NCBI GenBank assembly: GCA_032718475.1
Contig: JAUCBJ010006686.1
Location: 1 to 39,745, forward strand
Source: Nemertoderma westbladi
Taxonomy: Eukaryota; Animalia; Xenacoelomorpha
Length of the DNA: 39,745 nt
Direction: 5' to 3'
Shown here: positions 23,660 to 33,256 of the stretch, piece by piece
How the letters are laid out: the number at the start of each line of letters is the position of its first letter
Numbering within the stretch: position 1 is the stretch's first letter
Notes under the pieces: generated by a model
The model's input: only the letters and a program-made list of their open reading frames with translations
What the model was told of the DNA's origin: nothing
Database searches by the model: none
Made by a program: the position numbers and the translations under genes

Positions 23660-24540
23660 ACCACATAGTGACAGATAAGATGCCAGCTTATCTCGAGTTT
23701 CTTGGCAAGATAGCTTAGAGGCAGCAGTCTCAACTATCTTCCAGATCTGAGTGGCACAAGGCTTAAACTCAAGATGGAGGCTTTCATGAATCCGCTCAAT
23801 CTCCTGAGAGGGAGAGACCCCATAAAACTTCCCTCTACCATTGATGAACACATAGTTGCTATGTGAGACACCCGCTTGCTTTAGCATCTAATCACATCGC
23901 AATAATGTTGAATCATCCTGTAGCGGGAGGACAACTGCAGCATTATTTGTTGCCTTTGTCTTATGGTCAGCAACCAAAATCAAGTGCTGCCTTGATTCTG
24001 ACACAAAGGGCGGCTTATATGCCCGACGGAATTCCACCATCTTCATCTTTCCAGCAACACTAGGGCGTTGGTGCTCCCCAACTATGATAATGGCCATGAG
24101 GTACCGAACATAGAACGAATATAATATGCAATCAATCCACCCTATGTGAAGTTTCCTCTGGGCCTCAATCACAGAATGAAGGATTTTCTCATCCTTCACA
24201 AGAAACAGGGCATCTGCTGGAGTCTTATCATGAAACTCAATCATTGAGTTTAGCGCCTTCTGTCTCTCTAGGGATGACCAAAAGGTGATATTTTTGTGGA
24301 AGCTCTTGATAGCCTCTCTGACCAAGGAGATCTTGGATCGTAGGTGAGATGATATTTCATCTGCACCAGTTGATCCAGATCTGAACTGAAAGAACCTCAG
24401 TAGGCACTTCAGTTGGCCATCTAAACTTTCACCCTTTATGCCACATTTTGAATTCCCAATAAGTTTTAGAAGAGACTGAACCTTGGCTATTCTGCTATAT
24501 GTTACCAGTTTATATGTGTGATGGTTATGGGTTATTGGTT
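23660..24540 (-). pseudogene. Crypton-like tyrosine recombinase fragment
   Basis: RYLMAIII..HQRPSVAGKM (catalytic R), LVADHKT (K), YVFIN, ATQIWKIVETA (RK site mutated), LASYLS...HYV; frameshifted. Confidence 0.7.
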
Positions 24541-24550
24541 TATGTTTGGA

Positions 24551-24864
24551 AGGGGGGAGGACACCCCAAATATTTTTTTTTATCGAAAATAACATTATTG
24601 CGTTTTTTTGTACAGAAATTAACGGCGATTTCAAATTTGAAATCGGTATTTTAATATCTCTTCTAGTTTTTGAATTACAGAAGTTCAAAAATGTGCTGTC
24701 AGTTACGAAAATTATCAAAAAATCGACATTTTTTCCGTTTTTGACAAATAAATTCAATGCTGCACTCAAAGAAATACAGTATTGCGATCTCCAATCAATT
24801 TAACATTTTGGAGGGAAATTTGAAATTAATATTTATAGGTTTACAGTGTATATTTATAGTAGGC
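24551..24864 (+). mobile_element. Probable 5' terminus of the Kolobok-like element interrupted by the LTR insertion
   Basis: Abrupt start AGGGGGGAGGACACCCC followed by TIR-element-like subterminal sequence. Removing the LTR element joins it to the Kolobok ORF upstream region. No TTAA TSD seen. Confidence 0.4.
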
Positions 24865-24869
24865 CTAGT

Positions 24870-26121
24870 TGTAAAAGCCTTTGCTGAATTGCCCCGTTAT
24901 TTTTATTATCTTTTACATTAAAATACTCTGTAGTTGATTTAATAAGTGTAAGAGACCGTATTATTGCTGTATCGGTGTTTTTAGAGGATCTAAGACCTAT
25001 TTCCTCCGTATGTGTACTGTGAAAGGCATATTTTATGATTCTATGGCAATTCGTGACGCAAAGGGGTGATAGCTACTCTTGAACAGTAGTTACTATGACT
25101 ACGGTTAACAGCTGACATTCATACGTGTTGATTTCCTTTGTTCTACGGCGTCTCTCAGTTCAGTCAGCCAATTAGAGCTTTTTTGTGGCTCCTTGTACAG
25201 AAAATTTCCGAGAAATGACGCAATGCCTATGTGCAGTGTTTACATTCAGTCTTGAGCCAAAGAAAGAACGGCTTGGAAGTATTTTGTGCCTTACTGTTTT
25301 TAGTCTTACACTAGTAGGTTTAATTATAAAGGGCATATATCCTTTAACGCACCTACCTGACTCATGGAATCACTGCTAACTGATCATACATACTGACTGC
25401 TGAAACATTGCAAACTCATAACAATCAGTGTTTTCATTGTTGTTTTATACTGCTATTTACCGTCAGTTCTTCATAATGTGGTTGATGAATAATTATATTT
25501 GGAATAACGATAAATAACCCCGAAACCCAATACAGCAATATTCTTGATATACCGAAGGTAAGAGAGAAGGGTTACAGATAAACGATTGTGACTTATGTTG
25601 AAGTGGTTTGAAGTGAATCTAATGTTATTTGATAGACCCTACATGAGTCAGTCTGTGTTCCTTTTATATGTGACTAAAATCAGTGAAGATTGGCAGATTA
25701 GTGTGCAGTATTGTGCAGCATTGTGTATGAGTGAGTCTGTTAAAGAAGCAATTCCTAAAGAATGCGCCATATATGTGAATTATAATTAAGCCATATCGTT
25801 GTGAGTAGTTTAAGTCATAACTCTGTTTATATAGATAAAGCGCCACGTCCTAAAGGAACTGTTAATATTCCCGAAGGTGAATAATATTGTCAGAGATTAT
25901 ATAATACTGTCAGTCGAATAATACATTAGGCTTACATAGCAACAAAATTAAACCGTCGAACCCAATCTCCCGGGAATCTCCAGCGGGTGAATGGTCGCGC
26001 ACGGATTGGTTTCGACTAGTGTAGTGAATCAAATACTTGTCATAGACTAAAAACTGATTTAATATCTAGAAGACATCTTAATTTGGTGGGTTAAACTGCC
26101 AAAGGTCTGAAAGCGCGAACA
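24870..26121 (+). repeat. 5' LTR
   Basis: TGTAAAAGCC...AAAGCGCGAACA; no differences found by eye from 31861-33112, and the short ORFs in the track are identical. Confidence 0.97.
25325..25330 (+). promoter_or_regulatory. Candidate LTR TATA box
   Basis: TATAAA with an upstream CCAAT near 25168. Confidence 0.45.
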
Positions 26122-26417
26122 TTAAAGGATATAGCTTCTTTGTTGCAGTAAGCAATAAAGTTGAAAGTACCGGTCAACCGGTAAACCTGAACCGGTACAC
26201 TCTGTAGGTCAGTAGGCCTAACTGTTCTAACCGGTACTTCAGTATAAGTACACTAGTATTATTCGATTTGATTATTGCATACCGGTAGGCTGTTTAAGGG
26301 ATTAGGGATTGATCACCCCTTATACCTTTATATGGTTTACTTATTTCTGTCAAGTTTTATTTATTTGTAGGCCAGTATTGAACAGAAGGCGTGTAAGCCT
26401 GATCAGATAGTACAGAC

Positions 26418-26993
26418 GATTTGTAGGCTGAGCTGTTGTCTGATTGCTGTTAAGTCTGAACGGATTACAGTGTGTGTAGAGCACTTGTCCGATTAAGTAC
26501 GATTAGGCAGTAGGGGCAGCGAACGCTGTAAGGTAATCCCCCAACTAAAGAATAAGTCGCACTACTGGGTTAGAGCGCATACTCCCTAATCATTTCGGAG
26601 TCTGCATGTCCTGTGGTTTATTTAGGCTTGAGAGTGGTCTGCCATCGTTTAGTCTGTACTTTGTTTGTGTAAGTCTGTACGGGTAGCGTATAATTTTATT
26701 TAGATAATTTGTAGGCTGGATAGTTGTCTGGCTGTTATTAGGTCTGAACGGATTGCCGCGTGTGTAGATCATCTGTCCGATTAAGTACGATTAGGCAGTA
26801 GGGGCAGCGAACGCTGTAAGGTAATCCCCCAACTAAAGAATAAGTCGCACTACTGGGTTAGAGCGCATACTCCCTAATCATTTCGGAGTCTGCATATACC
26901 GTAGTTTGTTTAGGCTTGATAGTAGTCTGTCAGTGTTCGGTCTGTATTTTGTTTGAGTAGTTTGTACGCGTAGCGTAATATTTATTATTCAGA
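26418..26993 (+). repeat. Tandem duplication, period 288 bp, in the element leader
   Basis: Identical 122-bp core at 26486-26607 and 26774-26895; flanks visibly diverged. Confidence 0.9.
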
Positions 26994-28304
26994 GTTTATG
27001 CGATTATCCGCAACATTCATTCCCCAAGTTTGTTCCTACAGTAATTGTGTTTGTTATACATACCGCTATAGTTAAATTAACCCCGGTACTACACGGGCTG
27101 CTCGGCGTAGGTAAAGACTGGTGATTTTGTGCATCGGTCACTCCAGCAGATGCCGTGGTTCTTTTAGCTGTTCAAGTATATTTAACTACTGATTGTCTGT
27201 TATATAAGTACTCGTACCTAATTTAGGCTTTAGTGTACAGTACTTTCCGAAGTAATTATTGTAGACATTATATTTGTGTTGTAAAGTGGTTGATAGGCAC
27301 ATTCGATTAGCTCTATTAACTTCTAGGTAGGAACACTCCGTGATACATAACGTAGAACCTATAGCGATACGGCTATAGGTCGTCAGGCGGTGGTATTTTC
27401 CTATCTAGACAACGCAGTGTATTTACTACTACTTATTATTTCAAATACCGTAGTACCCTGTCCGTTGTAATAACCGGTTATCTAACCCTTTGTTAGGCTG
27501 GTTTGTAGACTTCTTGTAAAATTACCCTAAAAATTCGTATTTGTTTTTGTAAATTTTGGTGTTTATTTAGAGATTGTAATCTCAACCCGAATTGTACGTA
27601 ATTTGTAGTATTAAGTAACTTAGGTAAATTAGAATTATTTGTTTTAGTGTCCTATACGTAACACTTCACTGAAAGCGCACCGCTTTGTGTAGTGATTACC
27701 CCCAGAAATAATAACATTTATTTCAAACATTGACAAAACCCATTAAAACGGGTATATATATATTATAAATCAAATCTAACGATTTATAAATAGTAGGCCT
27801 ACCATACAACCATTAGGTCCCAATATCAGTTGGATTACTGCTCAAATAACGGTAATAAAGTAAGTAAAGTAACAAAGTAACCCTAAAGTAACAGAAATTC
27901 AATTATTTGAAATAATTGATATACCGGTATTTACGATAGGCCTATTATCTTTATTTCTACAAATCTAGGCTGAAATTATACCGGTACTTGTAATTAATTC
28001 TATTTCAGAATTATATATCCTACAAACTGTAAGCTGTATACCGGTATTCCGATAGGCCTATTATATATTTATATATATTTGTGCTAAAATTATACCGGTA
28101 TTCTGTGATAAACCTAGTCTGTAATAATACTTATATAGTTATATATACTATAAGTATACCGGTATTCTAATATATTATATATATATCACGCTACACTGAG
28201 TAGCAGTAACGGTAATTAATTACTAGGCTAGCAGTTCATACTGAGTTACTAGACTTGCTTAGACTGTAATATAGCAGTAGGCATTCAACTGTACATACAT
28301 AGTC

Positions 28305-29225
28305 ATGTCTGACGCAAAGCAGAACCTGTCAGACAGTCTACTAGATACAACGGAGAGTGAAGCGACATTAGAGAAACGGCCTGCTCAACCGCAGCCCCTA
28401 CAGACCTATGCGGTAAGAACTAGAGTAGGTTGGTACCTTACTGGACCTTCCCGTAGAACGCTCAGGGAAAGACTGCTTCAAGATCGCGTCTGCCAGGTGA
28501 GTGAATGGGAAGATGATACTAGTGAGGGAGACGACCCAACTGAGGGAACACCACACTCCTCAGATAATGACAATCTTAGCTCCAATGTAGATCAATGGAG
28601 ATATTGCCCCAAGAAGTTTAATCCAACTGACATCGCTTCCAGAGGAGCAACTCCTCAAGAACTGACAGATACTATAGACCGGTTAGGTGAACCCGACTTC
28701 CTGAGTAAGGAGAATGAATGGCCTCCCCATCTTACTCCGACTGAGATTAGACCAGCCAAGGGAGCGGAGAAAGTCGAACCTGAAACCCGGACGGGTGGAT
28801 CGGAGTTATTTGAACCCGGGATAGATCTGTCGGTATTACATGTTGCCAGGGACGACGCCGTGGATCTGGGCCTCCCCTCCGCGAGTGGATCCTTCATGAA
28901 GATCAGAGAGAGCGATTGGAGCTCTGGAACATCAGACGTCTCGCAGGGACTCTCACCTCTCCTGCAGAGAGCGACGGACCACTATAGCTCCTGGAATCGG
29001 CTTTGTGACGCCGTCATATACTTTGAGCGATGTTTCTATCGTCACTATTCCAGGACGAAGAGGAAACCTGGAATTGTATTCAGGATGCAGCGACTCAATC
29101 ACCCAGTCGGTCGTTTGTGTTTATCGGAAGGGAATGGAGGACTCTCCGGAAACTGTGGAAGACAAGATTCTCTTCCCACGACCACCTCCCTAATCCTTCA
29201 AACATCTAGGGACTCCATAACGTAA
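28305..29225 (+). CDS. Internally deleted BEL/Pao polyprotein remnant (306 aa)
   Basis: AVRTRVGWYLTGP (protease tail), QWRYCPKKFNPTDIASRG...GEPDFL...EWP (RNase H tail), YSSWNRL (pre-integrase). No Gag knuckles, RT YxDD or integrase DDE. Confidence 0.85.
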   Translation: MSDAKQNLSDSLLDTTESEATLEKRPAQPQPLQTYAVRTRVGWYLTGPSRRTLRERLLQDRVCQVSEWEDDTSEGDDPTEGTPHSSDNDNLSSNVDQWRYCPKKFNPTDIASRGATPQELTDTIDRLGEPDFLSKENEWPPHLTPTEIRPAKGAEKVEPETRTGGSELFEPGIDLSVLHVARDDAVDLGLPSASGSFMKIRESDWSSGTSDVSQGLSPLLQRATDHYSSWNRLCDAVIYFERCFYRHYSRTKRKPGIVFRMQRLNHPVGRLCLSEGNGGLSGNCGRQDSLPTTTSLILQTSRDSIT

Positions 29226-31852
29226 CAACATATGGAGTGGGTGTGTGACTCTATTATTTTATATTATTTTATTATTTTTATATTTCTGTATGTATTACTA
29301 TGTAATTTTATTATAATCGTTTTCTTTAATTTTATTCAGTAGAATGTTATTTTAGCGATTATTTAGTAGAATAGTGCAATATATTCGTGTTTATTACGTA
29401 CGTAATTACTTATATTATATTTAGTGCGACGGCGAAGAAATAATTATTTTTTCTCTTTCCTTACTGTCCGTATTATATTATAAATACGTAACTACAGTAA
29501 GATGAAATGTCCGTACTTATTAAAGTACCATAAAGCCACTACTATATTTAAGTATTATTGGTAGGCAGAGTATTAGGAATGCAAAGTTCAGATCCTCGTG
29601 TCTCGGCTAAATCAAGCTCTGGGTAGACCTTGGAAACGACTTGCCTCTTCACACTGACATTGCTTCGTGCGATATTGCTCTCATACCGTATATTAAATAA
29701 TACATATAGTAGCGTGATGTCCCTTTAACAGTAGCGTATAACGCAAAATAAATCTGTTAAACCCTTTGACCATCTGTAATTCTAGTCGATTAAGATATCA
29801 TAGCATTTACCGATATTCTTAAAAAAGACAATTGTCATAGAATTAAGGATCTTGTGTCCCTAGACATGTTCTAGAATCAAAATATGCCCATTTAATTATC
29901 AAATAATAAAATTTCAGGGAATAAATTTAAATTCATGTCTTTTAATGAATTTAATAAATTGCCATTTTACGCAATTTATAACATTCCCAAAATTCCATTA
30001 ATTAATAGATCAAGGGAGCGGAGATTTATATTATTATGCGTATGCGTGTACGAAAGTCTCCCAAACATAGTCAATAGCCGATAAAATTCATAAAGTCATG
30101 TATAAAACCGAACATTGACTATTAAAGAATACTATTAAATAACATCCCAGATCTGTATGCATTGGAACTACCCTAATTCTACCGCTAGCTTTGCATAATG
30201 TCACCATAGCAACAACCACGCTAGAATTAGAATTGAGTTAACGAACAATAGAAAGCCTGTCCCATTGAATAGCATAGGGAATAAATAGCGCACTACTAGT
30301 ATCCAAGGATACATAATAATACAGTGACATTCTGGAAGGCATTGACTAACGGACAAATGGCCCGAATGTGTGTAATTTGTGACAAGTTGTGTGTGTGGTA
30401 TTTGTGAGTTTATAGGTGAATGTTACTGCTAAGGTGTGTTTACAGTAGCTAGTCGCAATCGTAAAAGTAACCTAACTCTCCAAGGAAAACCTGAAGTACA
30501 TCTAAGTCTTTGGGACGGACAGTCGAGTGACTTGTGTCGGTTGTCGTTGTCGTTGTGCGGCTACGTCATTGGCGAAAGTACAGCGGCGACGACACATCGG
30601 CGCTGAGGATCTCGTACTGTCCGGGGTTGATTGGGGTAGGCAGCGACGCCCGCTCGCCTAAATATAAACTCATTATAATATGGATAAACTCATATATAGC
30701 AGATATGACGGAGTTGATAGAAGATGGTCTTGTCATCCTATCGATTTACACAATACGGACTATGTCGACTATATATCCTGCCCAGCGGAGTCGGAACCAT
30801 AAACGGAAATTCGAATGCGAAAATTCTATTCGAAATCGATTCGAAAGAAAAGACACTTAAGAAACAAATGGACGCGGTAACTCCAACGTATATTTGGAAT
30901 TCTTGATAGAAGCATTGTAACAACAAATAAATATCACCCGCGTTTACCCTACCAGACGTGCGTCTTTGGTATTATTACGATAAATGCCCTAGACCCAACT
31001 AATAAACGGAAAGACATAAACATCCACGTAAACCGAAACTTGTTGACGTATCACCTATGCTCACTCGGCTCGAACGATCCTGGAGTAAACCTACGATCAG
31101 AGTCCCGGAATACTCGGTCAAACCTCCTCATTCCTTAGTTGGACCTCAGACCTGCGATCTTGGTGGTGTCGCGGATCCTCGCGGACTGTATTCACTGTTC
31201 AAAGATCTAGTGCTACCCTAACAATTAATCGGTAACACTCCGACAGTGATTTCTAGCTAGCCGCCCATCTTACCTAGCCGGATTGTGACGCGGACACCTA
31301 ATATCACTATCCAACCGTATGGTCGTCCACGTTTAACGCGATACAACCCCTCATCAAGGTGAAGGAGAGCGTTGTACGAAACGAGTTAAACGCTATTTTA
31401 TAAAGATCAAAAAGGAAACCTGCGTTTGTTCAGATAAACGTAAGTTATAACAGTGAGTCCAATCGATAAACGAATTGGCCTTATCTCAATTCGATTGGGA
31501 AATCCAGAATCTCTAAGAAGTTATCGAACTTGGACGATCCTATTCTCTGCGAGAGTTTTTGGATGAACGTATCCAGCTACGAGCGGAGGAAAATCAGCTC
31601 GAGGAGAAGCATATCGAAACGGCAGATACCTCGACCACAATCCTACACCTCCTGATGCAATCATATTGCACCCTTCACCCAGGAGTTATGGCCCTCCTAG
31701 TAAAGTGGCTCCCCCCAAAGAGAAAAAGACTCTTGCTAGCCTCAAAAAACTGCGTAAACGCCGTCTGCGCAAGAAAGACTAACTGTTTAGAGTATCTTTA
31801 TGTTTTAGAAACTGTGATTTTTATATTTTATAGACTGAAAATCCCATTTTCT

Positions 31853-31860
31853 GGGAGCGG
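31853..31860 (+). other. Polypurine tract
   Basis: GGGAGCGG immediately 5' of the 3' LTR. Confidence 0.75.
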
Positions 31861-33112
31861 TGTAAAAGCCTTTGCTGAATTGCCCCGTTATTTTTATTAT
31901 CTTTTACATTAAAATACTCTGTAGTTGATTTAATAAGTGTAAGAGACCGTATTATTGCTGTATCGGTGTTTTTAGAGGATCTAAGACCTATTTCCTCCGT
32001 ATGTGTACTGTGAAAGGCATATTTTATGATTCTATGGCAATTCGTGACGCAAAGGGGTGATAGCTACTCTTGAACAGTAGTTACTATGACTACGGTTAAC
32101 AGCTGACATTCATACGTGTTGATTTCCTTTGTTCTACGGCGTCTCTCAGTTCAGTCAGCCAATTAGAGCTTTTTTGTGGCTCCTTGTACAGAAAATTTCC
32201 GAGAAATGACGCAATGCCTATGTGCAGTGTTTACATTCAGTCTTGAGCCAAAGAAAGAACGGCTTGGAAGTATTTTGTGCCTTACTGTTTTTAGTCTTAC
32301 ACTAGTAGGTTTAATTATAAAGGGCATATATCCTTTAACGCACCTACCTGACTCATGGAATCACTGCTAACTGATCATACATACTGACTGCTGAAACATT
32401 GCAAACTCATAACAATCAGTGTTTTCATTGTTGTTTTATACTGCTATTTACCGTCAGTTCTTCATAATGTGGTTGATGAATAATTATATTTGGAATAACG
32501 ATAAATAACCCCGAAACCCAATACAGCAATATTCTTGATATACCGAAGGTAAGAGAGAAGGGTTACAGATAAACGATTGTGACTTATGTTGAAGTGGTTT
32601 GAAGTGAATCTAATGTTATTTGATAGACCCTACATGAGTCAGTCTGTGTTCCTTTTATATGTGACTAAAATCAGTGAAGATTGGCAGATTAGTGTGCAGT
32701 ATTGTGCAGCATTGTGTATGAGTGAGTCTGTTAAAGAAGCAATTCCTAAAGAATGCGCCATATATGTGAATTATAATTAAGCCATATCGTTGTGAGTAGT
32801 TTAAGTCATAACTCTGTTTATATAGATAAAGCGCCACGTCCTAAAGGAACTGTTAATATTCCCGAAGGTGAATAATATTGTCAGAGATTATATAATACTG
32901 TCAGTCGAATAATACATTAGGCTTACATAGCAACAAAATTAAACCGTCGAACCCAATCTCCCGGGAATCTCCAGCGGGTGAATGGTCGCGCACGGATTGG
33001 TTTCGACTAGTGTAGTGAATCAAATACTTGTCATAGACTAAAAACTGATTTAATATCTAGAAGACATCTTAATTTGGTGGGTTAAACTGCCAAAGGTCTG
33101 AAAGCGCGAACA
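31861..33112 (+). repeat. 3' LTR
   Basis: Direct repeat of 24870-26121, followed by TSD CTAGT. Confidence 0.97.
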
Positions 33113-33256
33113 CTAGTTAAACCCGTTTGATTAACTCGTACTGCTGTAATTCATGTAAACGGTTACCTACACGGTAAACTGTAATGTAACCTATCCACTT
33201 TTACCTTTATTCGTATATATTTTTGCATTATAAATAGCGTAATATTGTCAACAATA

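Larger units (their letters stand above)
24870..33112 (+). mobile_element. Non-autonomous BEL/Pao LTR retrotransposon, 8243 bp, recent insertion
   Basis: Two 1252-bp TG...CA LTRs; 5-bp TSD CTAGT at 24865-24869 and 33113-33117; PPT before the 3' LTR; BEL/Pao motifs in the internal ORF. Confidence 0.95.

Noticed and set aside
23888-24769. 293-aa ORF as an intact gene
   Set aside because: Its N-terminal third reads through non-coding transposon-end DNA; only the part below about 24540 is recombinase-like, and it is frameshifted.
25185-25846. Short 60-64 aa ORFs repeated at 32176-32837
   Set aside because: Chance ORFs inside the LTRs, duplicated only because the LTR is duplicated.
26122-26136. 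Resemblance of TTAAAGGATATAGCT to the 5' end of vertebrate mitochondrial tRNA-Leu(CUN)
   Set aside because: Same sense rather than complementary, short, and no cloverleaf; it cannot act as a PBS.
30572-30610. Hammerhead ribozyme (CGAAA and CTGAGGA both present)
   Set aside because: Stems I, II and III cannot be formed around the core motifs in any permutation I tried.
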